Source: Anthoceros angustus
Taxonomy: Eukaryota > Plantae > Anthocerotophyta
DNA length: 64,000 nucleotides
Direction: 5' to 3'
Assembly: GCA_010909165.1 (NCBI GenBank)
Contig: MU008153.1
Coordinates: 1-64,000 of the forward strand
The notes under the pieces were generated by a model. The model was not told where the DNA came from. It saw only the letters and a list, made by a program, of their open reading frames with translations, and made no database searches. Below are positions 48,080 through 60,985 of this stretch, piece after piece. Position 1 is the first letter of the stretch. Each line of letters begins with the position of its first letter. Both the position numbers and the translations under genes were made by a program.

Positions 48080-48187
48080 CCCCCTCCTCTCCCCCTCCCT
48101 CTCCCTCCCTCTCCCCCTCCTCTCCCCCTCCCTCTCCCCCTCCCCCTCCCTCTCCCCCTCCCTCCTCTCCCCCTCCCTCTCCCCCCT
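48080..48187. repeat. (CTCCCC)n-type polypyrimidine microsatellite
   Basis: Direct reading of the sequence; starts at the end of the right arm of the inverted repeat. Confidence 0.95.
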
Positions 48188-49568
48188 CGAGTGGGATTGT
48201 CACATACCAGTGCCCCAAGTGAGCTAACCGGAGCTAAACCAAATAATTTAGCCACATCATGGCTGCTCTCTCCTCCGGAGACCATTTGGGGATCCGGCCT
48301 CCACCCCGCCCTCGCTTGACTCGGGAATCCAATACACGAATCAAGAGCCGGTGCCAGGATCATCTCCCACGTAAATCCGACCTATCCCCAACACCCTCAC
48401 GAAATGAGGAATGTTTGGAAAGTATAGAACCGGGTCTAGATCCGGATCTTCATCCGGGGGTTCTCCTACCACCATACTCCTCCATTCGGTCAAATGAAGA
48501 CCATGGCACACCTACCGGGGGTGGGGTGCCGACACGTCCATCCGTGTAGCAACGGACCCGCTTCTGTTCTGATCCCATGGGTTCCGCTCACCTTACATGG
48601 AGCTTACACTCGACCCCACGCTACTGCCTTCATCGGAAGCAGCTCCGGCTGTTGTAGGGTTAGCGGATCCCAAACCAACACCATTTTCTTTAGAAGGAAC
48701 ACAAAAATAGAACCATAGTCTACGCTTGCCAAAAATGCTCACGTCAACCTCGGCCTAACACACACCCCCCATTTTGCCCATGTTTTGGTGTCTAGGGTTT
48801 CCCTATGCCACCAGGCTTAACCACATCATGTAGCTCTCTCGACTCACCTAGAGAACCCCAAAAGTTTGTATGCACGACAAACTCAGGCCAACGGTCCCAT
48901 GGCCGAATGTTGCGACAACCTCCTCTCATCTTCGCGAGGCAGATAGAGACTTCATTTTCGAACAAGACACATCTGATAACTTTAACAGCTCTTGAGGCCT
49001 GTAGACCATGGCAGGCCCCTTAGTCCGCAAAACTTAACCACAAATGAATGTGCCCATGCCTACTTCTAGCATGCTCTAAAGATTGTTAATGTCCCCCACC
49101 TCCATCACCCTTACCAAGCTTAGCTACCATTTATCTGCCTCCACAATTGTGGGAGGGAAATCCCCGGGGCTTCCGAGGCTTCCCCCTCTAGCGGCCACAC
49201 TTATCCCACTGTCGCTTCGTACGTTGGGTTTCGTCCCATGAGACTCGTGTGAAAATTCGAGGTCCTGTGATATCCGATCGCTACACTGCGATAGCTGGAC
49301 ACACTTCTCAAATTTCTAAACGCAGTAAGGCGCCCCACTCACCTCTTATGCAAGCCCGCACCGCTTGCACTGCTCCGAAAATTTACCAATCCTCGGCCTA
49401 CAATGACTCGACCCATGCGAAGACGAAGAGCATCCGTACAGAGAGCACAGNCGGGAGCCATCATGAAGATGGTTCTTTGGATTTTGTGCCCTATATTCTC
49501 ACCACATGCGTTTAGGATAATCACAAATGTAAAGTAGGCAGATCGGGATCAAGAATCGAGCAGACACT

Positions 49569-49780
49569 GGCGCTCGATACCATGTAAACGATCAAAGTAG
49601 ACAAGATGCTACGCGTACTCTAATAAAATAGATTGGTAAGAATTCATTACAACGTGTCTCTTATACAATATCTGACATCGTATACATTGTATGTAACCTA
49701 ACGCTAACGATGATCGGTTATATGATCCAAACCCTAACGGGTTTAATCCAAATAAGCTTCAAGGCGTCGGCTCACTTACA
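49569..49780 (-). mobile_element. LTR (198 bp, 49780-49583) with iMet-type PBS; internal region unrecognisable or truncated
   Basis: Minus strand TGTAAGTGAG...GATCGTTTACA followed by TGGTATCGAGCGCC. Confidence 0.7.
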
Positions 49781-50699
49781 ACCTGGCTGGGTCGGCCTCC
49801 ACCAGTTCTTCCTTGGGCGGTTGCTATGAGTTTGACACGGGGCAGAGAACCTCCAGGATTCTTTCCTGTAGTCTACCCTCAAGCGAGAGTTCCACAGGCA
49901 TTGCCACACACCCAAAGCAAAGCAATTTCACAACCATTCACAAGGAGCACGTTTGGCGCTTGCGGTGAGCAAGCCTCCACCAAGCACTCAACCACCGACT
50001 TCCTCTCTACCAGACGCTGCGTTGGCTCACAGCCGGCACAAAATTCCTTTACAAGGGCAAAGGACTTGCGAGTATGGAAGCGCAAGACGTGATACTTTAC
50101 TTTGTGAAATCCTCCTCCTTTTATAGGAGGCTTTCCACATACAACCTCCCTTGGGTGACCCCACTACAGGTCACCTTTTCCAATTTTCTATTATTTCCTA
50201 CCGCCATTATTTAAGGCCTGGCATCTAAGTCTACTGTCTGATTCTGGGTAAATTCTATTCTAGTAACTTCACCTAAGATCATCCGTAAAGGATGTCAGTC
50301 TATCTCACCTATCCTTCCTATTCTTCCATCCAACATTTATGGTCTTTGACCATATCTAGTCCTCACCTTGCTGGAATGGTGACGCGTCCATTGTGGATTG
50401 GCTCTCTCGCCCTCCTTTTGCTCCTGCCTCTTCCCAGATTTTGTCACCTTCCTAACTTGTGGGGCAAGGCCCCCTTCCTCCCCTCCTCGAGGTGGCGCCT
50501 TGATTCCCTCGCCTCCAACAATCGCGCCCCCCTCCGCACTCACCCTTTCCTTCCGCCCGCTTAGTCGCTCCTTCCATCAGACACCTACCGCATTGGTAGT
50601 GTGAAGACCACATGTACACTAACCCCTCTGTGTCTGGATGAACGATTTTTTTGTTTGGAGTGTTTGTATAGCAAAGTGCTTTGAGAATCGCTGGGTAAG

Positions 50700-53600
50700 G
50701 TCTTGTATCGAGAATGGTCCTTGGCCCTTGGGATAATAATTTTTTTTTGACCTTAGGTTTTCGACCGGATAGGTAGGTCGGAGATAGAGTCCTTGGGTTT
50801 TTGGTGAAGAAAGTGTCTATATATGTTTGCCACCTTGCGATTCTTGATCAAGCGGGAGGTAGCAGTTCCACGGTGGCGAAGAGCAGGCGTCTGAGACCGG
50901 GGGTTTACAACCCCTAGTGGCGGGCGGGGGCGCGACAGTCGGGCGCAAGCTGCGACGGACACAGGCCTGCGTCATTCGGGCGGGGTCGAGGCGGGCTGCA
51001 ACAAGCTGGCGCGCGCAGCTGCCTGGGCGAGTCTCTGTTTATTTGTCTGCGGTGAGCGTCGTCGGTCAGGCAGCGGTGGCGGCGGAGAGAACAGGCGTTG
51101 GCGAAGTAGCGAAGGAGGAAAAGGGAGGCAAGGCGCCCAGAGGAGGAGGCGTGCAGGTGGTGTTCCCTTTAGGAGTCTGCGGGTGAGTTCTTTTGGGAAA
51201 CAAGAAAGGAGATGGCGCCCAGTGGAAATCCCATCACGGTGGCCCAACATGGACCCTTTGGAAGGTGGAGCGACTGGCGAGGTTGGGTCTGGAATTTATG
51301 GAGAAGAAATGGTGTTCTGACTGACATTGGTGCAAGAGTCGCCCGCAATTGAGAACCAAGTTGCAAGAGGCGAGAAGAAGAGCGGGATTTGGGGCTCTTT
51401 CGAGCGATGTATGGGCGAAGCATCGGAGGATGGAAGCTTGTGGTGACCCCGGAGAAAGACCACGAGGCTGCGGCGCGCTCATGAAACTGGAGAAGTGAGG
51501 GTGAACAATGGATGGGTGACTCGCCAACTCGTGTCTGCTTGGTGGTGGGATTAGCCAAGTGGATTTTGTGTTTCTACAGCGGAAGTTGGATCATATGGCG
51601 GACCACTTCTGGTCTTTCTTCATGAGGTGGTTAAAGGTACACAAATCGATTGGGGCGGATGATCTTTGAAAGAGCACAGTGAGAGGCGTGCTCTCCCCTC
51701 GGCCCTCCTTGATTTCACCTTTTCTAATTCATGTATTCGCGCATTAGGGTGTCTAACGGAGTTGGGCATGTCGCCCTTCATAGGCTGGAAGCGGTCGGGG
51801 AACTCAAGGTAGAGGAGGAGGAGTGTAAGGAGGATTAGGAAGGATTCCAGTGATTGGAATCGCCTCCCTAGAAGATTCGGATGAAGGTGGGAGGTTTCCA
51901 AGGGCAAGAAGGCGAGCAGGGGTCGGCGAAGAAGAAGGAAGGGTGGCGAAGAGGAACCCCACCACACCTAGGGTCACGGTCGAAATCGGCGAGGAGCAGT
52001 GAAGGAGGAGAAAATAAAGGAAGCGACAAGTTGTGCCCCTCTCGGTCGGGGAGGAGTCAGCTAGGAGAGATTGGAGGCGGATGAGGAAGTAGTGGCAAAC
52101 CAACCCCTAGAAGAGGGGTTAGTTTGATAGCCAAGTCCATGACAGACTCGGAACATTTTTGGCGACATTTGACCCGTCCAAGTGGAGCAGGTGACACCGC
52201 GTCGAGGTATTGTGGAGGGAATGGGCAGGGGCAGCCCAATTCGAGAATCTGACGACTTGACCATGGCTCGAGGCAGGATCTCCTCGACCCATGGCTCTCA
52301 CTGGTGAGTGTCGCCAGCAGGAAAAGTTGCTCAAGGAGAAGTTGGAGAGCCTGGAGAACAAGGTGGCGGAGGGAGGCGGAGCAGAATCGGCCCTATGCAA
52401 GGCAGGGCGGCTAAGGGCCATGTCCACCCAAGGAGGCCTTAGTGAATCGAGGTCAAGATGCACAATGAGGAGCTTCAAGATGAGGTCTCAGCCGAGACAA
52501 GTGGAAACAATGGCGCCTCTGGAGAAATTCAAGAAGCGGCGGAGATATGGCGAGAGAGATGAAGCTAGGGCCGAGTCAGAGAGGTGGCCAGAAGAAGAGC
52601 CACGGCAACATGATGGCAAGCCACCACCGTGGGAAACCCACGGTGGCTAAAACCACCGTCGCGGAAGGAGGAACCGAGGTGGGGAAGTCAGAGTGCAGTG
52701 GGTGGGGATCCCCTGGGCGGCCGGCTCAGGATTGTCCACAGGAGGAGAGGTAAGAACCTCATCGAAGGCGTATTGTGCTCTGCGTCTGGATGAGGATGCT
52801 CATGTCCACAGCCACTGCATGGTGGCGGGTGCTCACTCTAAATGTGTATGTGGTTGTTGGGACGGAGGCGAAACTATTGGGCACATCTTGGCCGCCACAG
52901 GCGTTTACGATGGTTCTTCGAGCAGGGCGGGGCCTACCCCCAAGTGGTGATCGAGGAAATGGCGGGCGGAGGCAGGCGTGGAGGGAGGAGCACAGTGTGG
53001 CTGTCCGGTGATGAGGCGGAATAAGGCATAGGGCCTATAGGCGACAGCGCCCATGGGAAGGCCGAAAGCAGGCGGTGGCAGTGGAGGTTTTGGGGAGAAT
53101 CGCTCGGATCGGGCGTGGCGGGAGGCGAGGCGAACCCAGGCGGGCTAGGCGGCAACAGCAGCCTTGTGAAGGGCGACATCATAGGCCGAGCTTCTTTTGG
53201 GGTAGGGATAGGATGTTTTGAGGACTGTGGTATAGTTCTGAATTGGTAGGGCGCTCGTGGTAGTGGGCCATATTTTCTGAACCTTTGGTAGGAGTGGTGA
53301 GATCCACGGTGAATGTATAAGAGACCCTTGAGTGTCTCTCTTAGACAATTTCGGTGTGAACTTGGTGTGTTGAAGCTATGCGAGGTTGGTTGGAGCGTCG
53401 ATCGACATCAAACTCGATGCACCTTCTCGTCACAAGAAGGCGGGAAGATCCTGGATGGTCGAGGCGGGTGGCCAAGCTCCACGCTGGGGTGTGGAAGGTG
53501 CGGAAAAAAGGGAATTGCCTCGGAAGGGTGGTGGGAGGCGGATCGCCAAGCCGGCCGGTTTTCTTTCACGATCTTCTTTCCCAAGCTGCACAGGCGTGTT

Positions 53601-55679
53601 TTATTCCATGAGAGGGGTCATGTGGCCCAAGAGGGGTCATGTGGCCCAGAGGGGTGTGGCCCAAGGAGGGTGTGGCCCAGGTGGGGTGCAGGTGGCCCGT
53701 GAGGGAGGAGAGGATTTATTAGGAAGGAAGGTCCCCGAAGGATGAGTCTTGTTGTGAGGATTGTGAGTGCGTGTGGGAGAATCGATGATTAGGGAGAGTG
53801 GAAGTGAGTGGTGGGTCGCGGGATGGCGGTGGGGGAGCACTAGTCGTGGTGCATAAATCCGGAAGGATCTGCGGAAATTCACAGGCGAAGTGAGCGCATG
53901 TGTGTGTATGTCCATAGCCCCAAGGTCTGCGCCCGGAGAAGCGACAAATAGTCACCCATGACGGGCGGCGTGGGACCGCCACGGTGGTTGAACCGCTGCG
54001 GTGGCCGAGTCTTCCACGGTGGTGGGTTTGGGTATGGTGGATAAGGGGGTAGTGATCGGCGGTAAGTCTAGAATCCATAGTTTTAGAACATCTTGACACA
54101 AAACCATTCCCTTGGGATCGAATCCTAGGACTATAACGACATAGAGGGTAAATGTGGCCTCTTTGCATCTTCGGATGCAAAAACCCATTCCACATCTGGC
54201 AGACTACCGGGGTAGTCTGACTACCTACCATGGTAGTCTGCCCCCTATCTCCTTCCTCCTCTCCTTCATTGGTGATGCCCCTTGGGGTTGCGATCCTTTT
54301 TGCTCCTTCCCTACTGGCTGATGCGTCCATACCTATCATGGAGCATTTTCTTCAAGGATCCTTCCCCACATGTCGACCGATGTGCCACTAATTTCTTCGG
54401 GCTCTCTTCGCGTTAGACTCCTCTCCTGGCCGGGCTCTTCCCTTGTTCGTGGGGTGAGGGAATTCCTTACCCCTTCCCCTTCCTCGGTGGATTTAACTCC
54501 GCTCTTGCTCTCTTAGGTGGGATGTTTACCACCTCACTGCTCCTCAAGGGGTATCTTGCCCGGACCCCGGCTCCCGTCATCCAGCTAGGCCTCCGCCCGA
54601 CTCCCCCAGGCTCCCGCATGGGCGCCCTACCGTCTGGCGGACTTGGGTGGTTGTCCACCACAGTGGTCAGCGTCTACCGTGGTAGGCTGGTCTACCGTGG
54701 TAGGGTGACCCCACGGAGCTGTCCCCCTCCTTGCTCTCCGCGCCATCCTCCACTCTTGGCGCCGCGGCCTCTCCTCCATCTCCTGTCTCCACGGACTCTT
54801 CGGAGTCCATATCACTCGTGGCCTCATCAAAATCGGAGGCCTCCGGCTGCACCTGTTGCAGCTCCTTCCGGTCATCATCATGAGGACCCAATGTCCTCCT
54901 CTTGGCCAATCATAAGACTTCATTGTTGGCCTTCAAAATCCTGTTGTGGAGATGGGCCCCCAGGTTATGATATTGCATTTGGAGATCATCAATCTCCGTG
55001 GGCCACTCTCCATCCTCACACCTACCCTTGTAGGCGTCCCTTGCGGCGGTCAATTCCCCCACCGTGACATGGAGGGTCACATTCTCCTCCCTTGCGTCCC
55101 TCAGCTGGCTGGCCAATTTTTCTTGAAGGGCATAATCCGCCCAAAACCTTCGCTTTCTCACCACCAGCATCATGTGCACCACCTTCTTGTGGTGCTCCTC
55201 CTCCTGGAACCTCCTTTGTTCGAGCTCGGCCATTTGCTCGGCAAGTCTCTCCCTCTCCTCCTGCCAAGCACCCTTTTCGCGCTCCATCTCTTGCAGTTGT
55301 AGGTCCTGAGCTTCCAGCTCCGAGCGCTTCTTTTCCAAATTGTACCGGGTTCTTCGCAATTCCTCTTCCATGTCCCGGATTTTGATGGCTTGGTAGCCAT
55401 CACTTGCTCCTGCGCCTCCACTTGCTGAGTCGCCTGCTTCTCTCTTCCTAGAGCCTCAGCCTTGCTCTTCCTCTCCTGCTCTAGGTGGGCAAAATGCTCC
55501 TCCGCCTTTTGCCTCCACGAGTCCCTTTGGGTTGTTGCCCAAATAGCTCTCTCCTCGGTTTGTGACAACTTCCCCTCCACGACCTTCTCCGCGCGCCGTT
55601 GATCCACAAGGTCGCGCTGGAGTTTCTCCACACCTTCTCCAGCTTGGCTGCCTTCTCGTCGAACTTATTAGAAATAGCC
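50700..55679. mobile_element. Degenerate retrotransposon-associated region with broken coiled-coil and plant-transposon-protein-like ORFs on both strands
   Basis: Plus-strand remnants LVFLHEVVKGTQIDWG...ISPFLIHVF across frameshifts; charged coiled-coil ORFs at 52291-52650 (+) and 54910-55631 (-); no RT or integrase seen. Confidence 0.4.
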
Positions 55680-58600
55680 TGAAAGCGTTATGTTAAGTTA
55701 AGTCACAACTATGAACGGCTAAAGTAGTTTTGCATTTTCAGTTCTGACGGTTAAATAACCGTTCGCATTTTTTGTATAAGATAGTTTCTTTCCATTAATC
55801 AAACACCTTTTTCCACATACGCTTTGCTTCTCGTGTGCTTCGCTTGTGCTCTTGGTTCCTTTGGCTCTCTCATGTTGATCCTGCCATAGCTATTCACTTA
55901 GCTTTTATGGTATGAGCCTATTTCGAGATTTGGGCGACTAGCATGGGTGCCAACGCATCCGACACACCACGATCTTGCCATCTTTAGATCAAGATGCCAA
56001 GGCCTTGATTTCTGCGGCAAACCACGAGACCTTGCGACCCGTCCATGCATAGCTTATTTGGAGCAAATCCCTTGTTACATTTGCGGATCTGGACAAGCGG
56101 GTGACTTCGTCAGCCGGCGGGTTGCCCGTAAAACGCCACCAACCCATGACGCCTTCATCTGGTATACCACCGTGCGACAAGGAGCTTTTCTCACACGAAG
56201 AAAGCCCCAACTCCAGGGTGTGCGAGCGAGGACTATACAGCATCTCTCCACAAAGAGCTTTTAGCATTGCAAATGCGTACGTGGGTGCAGGAAGCATTTA
56301 TCGAGAAGTTGTCGAACAGCATCAAGGCCCTCCACTTGTTTTGTGAAGAACGATCTGTGAAGGACCTCATGCCCGCCAATCCTTCTCGTACTTGTCATCA
56401 AGCGCCTTGCACCATGTTGTAGCTCTCTCTCTTCTGTTTATGACAGATAGTTCAGATTCTGATGATGAATTGGTCGTGGACATTTCATCCCTTTTTGCTG
56501 AACCTACCTCTCATACTGCGTGGGACTTCTCCCCACGCAACCTTTTAGAATTAGAGAGACAGCGACTACTTCAAACTGTCCCCGATAGAATTTTAAATCC
56601 TGAAATCATGTTTGGAGTTTCACCAAGTGTCCCTGTAGTCCCTTCTTTGAAAATTGAGTCCAGGGACAAGGATAGTTTAATGGTACAGATTACAATATCT
56701 GGGCCATGAGGCTGACCCAAATCTTTGAGGAGAATGAGCTGTTGACCATTGTAGATGGCATAGAACCCAAGGTGACAACACCTGTTAGAACGGCCGAAGA
56801 AATCCTAGCCTGGGAGCGTAAGGATAGGCGTGCTCGTTCTATACTCATTGCTGCCTTAGATAGAAATGTGATGCCACACACCATAGATGCCAAAACCTCG
56901 GCAGATGTGTGGAAAGTTTTCGATCTATATATCGGGACAAGAGTTGGCGTCCACGGTGCATCTGAGACTTCTTCAATTTGAGGATGCGGGACAATGAGCA
57001 CATTGAGGCTTATATCAACAAGTTTAGGACTCTTAGTGCTAATCTTGCCTATTGTGTCTGATCTTGTGAAGTTCAAGCTATAAGTATCTTGGCTTCACTT
57101 CGAGAAAGTTATCGACTTTTGTTGGTAGTTAGAATGCCTACATTCAGCGCTACTACCGACCAAGAAGGTAACACTCGAGGTAATTGGCGCCCTTATATGA
57201 GGCGCACAAGGAGTTTTCACAAACCTAAGGGCTCCACTTCCAACAACACAAAGTATTGTTTACATCAAGGCGGAGGGTGGCTTCGAGGTCGAGGTGAGGA
57301 CGTGGTTCCTACTCGAACCCTGGCGAGATGTAATCAACAAGAAGACTTTTGTGCATGGCGTAAGATTCACAGCCATTATGAGCAGGCGCCGTGAAGAAAG
57401 GAGGAGAGCCAGGCGCGATCATCCTCCAGAGAGCAACGTCACCATCAGCAAGGCTAAGCAGCCCACTATCCTGGCAGTTTGTTTGTCGTCTACACAAGTA
57501 CATTCTGACACATGGTTTCTCGATTCAGGAGCCACAAGTCATATTTGCTTTTACAGGCGTGCTTTTTCTTCTTTCACTCCTTCTGCTGATGCCAAACAGT
57601 TTGTCTTACTAGGGGACGATAGTGGACTTTCTATCAAAGGTTCAGGCTTTGTTATCATTTCCTTGCTTGACTCTTCAAGCCTTACACTCACAAAGGTTCT
57701 CTATGTCCCTTCAATGAGTAAGAACTTGATGTCTGTCCTAAAGTTGTCACAGGAACATCACTGCCGAGTGTGTTTTGATCAGCAAGGGTGCTATGTTACA
57801 AGCTCCATGTTAGGGCATCATCTTTTCTCAGGCTCACCTTCTCACGACCTGTACCTCCTGAACGTCAAGACCGTGTTAGGTTCTACTCAATCAGTTTATT
57901 CCACAGAGGTACCCTCCACACAATTGTGGCTACACTGTCGTCTTGGACATGTCAATTTCCAACGCCTCAGTTCCCTTGTCAAAGGTGAGAGTTATCGTGA
58001 GCCCCTTGAATTCCCTTTTGATAAGAGCATATACATGAGTCACATCAATTGAGTAAGGCACATTCACGCCTTTTAAGGATATGGCCCTTAGTCTTTGAAG
58101 GCTTGCTTTCACGCGTGCTTTTTCTTCTTTCACTCCTTACGCTGATGCCAAGCAGTTTGTCTTATTAGGGGACGATAGTGGACTTTCTATCAAAGGTTGT
58201 TTGTTATCATTTCCTTGCGACTCTTCAAGCCTTACACTCACAAAGGTTCTCTATGTCCCTTCCATGACTAAGAACTTGATATACATCTGAAGTTGTCACG
58301 GGAACATTCTTGGAGTGTGTTTTGATCGGCAAGGGTGCTATGTTACAAGCTCCAAGTTAGGGCATCATCTTTCTCGAGCTCACCTTCTCACGACACACCT
58401 CCTGAGCGTCAAGGCGTGTTAGGTTCTACTCAATCGATTTATTCCACAGGTACCTTCCACACAATTGTGCTTTGTCGTCTTGGACATGTCAATTTCCAAC
58501 GCCTCGGTTCCCTTGTCAAAGGTGAGAGTTATCGTGAGCCTCTTGAATTCTCTTTTGATAAGAGCATACGAGTCCTCCAATTGAGTAAGGCACATTCACT

Positions 58601-58800
58601 GCCCTTTAAGGATATGGCCCTTAGCCGTGCTGAAGGCTTGCTTCACACTGTGCATAGCGACATATGTGGCCCCATGTCCACCAGCTCCTTTGGCGGGGCA
58701 GACTATTTCTTGACTTTCATCGACGAGTGGAGCAGATATTGTGTAGTTTTCTTTCTACGACACAAGAGCAAAGCCTTTGACTGTTTCAAGTCTTTTTGAA
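55680..58800 (+). mobile_element. Second Ty1-copia family, 3'-truncated (5' LTR, PBS, gag, protease, start of integrase)
   Basis: LTR from TGAAAGCG to about 55906, PBS TGGTATGAGCC, gag (WERKDRRARSILIAALD), DTWFLDSGATSHIC, LGHVNF, VHSDICGPM...YFLTFIDEWSRY; internal tandem duplication 57555-58111/58112-58648. Confidence 0.9.
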
Positions 58801-58987
58801 GGGGGGGAATATAGTAACCTCCTTCGGTGGAGACAGCACCCCCTTGTCACGATGTACACCCTTCCTGCAAAAGCATATCTACCCTACTTTGATAATGCGC
58901 ACACCCGTTCTGTGCCCATACCTTTCATAAAGACGCACTTTCAAGTCTACACTCCAGAACTAGAGCACAGTAGGGTGTGGGCCTGTC

Positions 58988-60985
58988 TGAAGGATCGTGT
59001 GGCAGCACATGATGGTGGAAAGAGGAGAGGAGAGGAGGAGGCAAGTGTAACTCTCTCACATTGAGATGAGGCTTGGAGGGTATTTATACCCTCCAATAGG
59101 CTCCTAGGAAGCTCCACAAGAAGCCCCTAGGAAGGAGCACAAGAAGCTTCCTAGTGATTAGCTTGCTAAACTAATGATACTTAATCGACACCTAACTTAG
59201 ACTAAGTGTATTAGTCTAAGTACATTGGGCTTTAATACCCTTACAACCTCCCACTTAAAGGCCAATTTACCTTCAGAGAGAATGGACTATCTCATGCCCA
59301 TCGTGTCCGAGCTTGTGCAAATTGCTCGTAGAGAGTCCCTTGGTAAGAATATCCGCAGGTTCGGGTGAACCTTGACAAGTTGTACCCTCTTGTCATCCAA
59401 CACCTCTCGAATGAAGTGATACTTCACATCCACATGTTTAGTCTTCGCATGAAACATGGATTCTTTGCCAATTGGATAGCACTGCTATCACAATGCAACA
59501 CCGGCTCAACCTTGATCCCCAAGTCTCCCACTAAACGAGCAAGCCATATGGCTTCCTTGCAAGCCTCAGTTGCTGCAACATACTCGGCTTTGTGGTAGAT
59601 AGCGTAATGCACGACTGCAAAAGAGATCGCCATGATACTGCCCCTCCAGTGCACATGAAGACATAACATGATGTGGACCTCCTTTTGTCCATATCCCGTG
59701 CATAATCAGCATCTGTGTACCCAACCACACATGCATCTTCAGTACCAAAACATATACACAAAGCTTTTGTACCATTCAAATACCTCATAACTCCTTTTAC
59801 TGCCTCCCAATGCTTCTTGCTGTGGTTTGACATAAACTCGCTAACCACTCCCACCGCAAAGGCAATGTCGGGCGTGTAGCAATCATTGCATACATCAAAC
59901 TCCCTACTGATGAGTATGGGACCTTCTCCATTTCAGCTTTTGTCCTCCTCGAGCTTGGGCAATCCGCTTGAAAGTTTCACATATGGAGGCAATGGAGTAC
60001 CCAATGGCTTCCTTCTCCATGTTGAAACGTTGAAGCACCTGTTAATGTATTCCGTCGAGACAAATAAAGCGACGCTTATGTCTGCTCCGACGAATACGCA
60101 TGCCAAGTATATGGCTCGCCTCTCCCAAGTCTCATATTTCAAAGTGAGCATTCAACTTTGACTTCAATGAAATCTCATCGATCTTGTTCAATTAGCATAT
60201 CATCCACATAGAGGATCAAAATGAGCAAGCTTTGATCCTTAGCTTGCTTCAGATAGAGGCAATGATCCTCATCGCACGCTTGTAGCCTTGAGAAAGCATA
60301 AATGAGTGGAACTTGTGATACCACTGGTGCCTGTTTCAAACCATAAAGGCTCTTCCTCAACCCCGCACACCGATGCTCTTTGCCCTTCTCAACAAAACCT
60401 TCGTTGTCGCATGTAGACGCCCTCTTGAAGGTCACCATGCAAGAATGCCGCCTTGACATCCATCCGCAAGTTCCATATCATTCCACAGCAGCAAAGCAAG
60501 AACACATCGCAGTTGTCATTTTGACTCTTGGTGAGAAAATCTCATCAAAGTCAATGCACAGTTGTTGCTTGAAACCCTTAGCAACCGTGCCTTGTACTTT
60601 GGTTTGCCATCAAGCGGTATGACCTTCATCTTGTACACCCATTTGCAGTAGTGCCTTCTTATCCTAAACAGCGAACCAACTCCCAAGTTTGGTTCTTATC
60701 GTAATTCATTTACATTGCATGGCCTTCTCCCACTTCTCTTTGTTGCTCATTGACATGGCCTCGTTGTAAGAAGAGGGTTCCCCACAATCTGTCAGCATAA
60801 CATAATCCAGAGATGGATCATACCTGTCAGGAGGTCGTCTAATCCTGCCTGACCTACGAAGCACAGGCACCTCTATAGGTGCTTGTTCGACTCTTGGTTC
60901 ATCTACCGGTGGAGGAATGTGCTCCTGCACATTACCACGGGTATCAACCTGCCCTTGATGATCATGTCCATCTTCATTTGATTGC
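58988..60985 (-). mobile_element. 5'-truncated copy of the copia family at 2806-7559 (RT, RNase H, 3' LTR)
   Basis: LTR 59245-58988 near-identical to 7315-7559; PPT; ILYVDDMLI, GYTDADYARDMDKRRSTS, EYVAATEACKEAIWL. Confidence 0.93.

Larger units (their letters stand above)
43494..48088. repeat. Inverted duplication: arms about 43494-44817 and 46812-48088, spacer about 2 kb
   Basis: GGGGCACATATCAACGATGCTTGC...GAGAAACACAACTCTAAGAACCAGCC is reverse-complemented at 48.0-48.09 kb; homology continues through both J-domain genes. Confidence 0.92.

Noticed and set aside
48026-48363. Pro-Leu and Gly-Arg repeat ORFs
   Set aside because: Produced by the (CTCCCC)n microsatellite
58800-58815. G-rich tract as the PPT of the second copia
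   Set aside because: Not followed by a copy of the 55680 LTR, and RT and RNase H are missing; treated as a truncation junction
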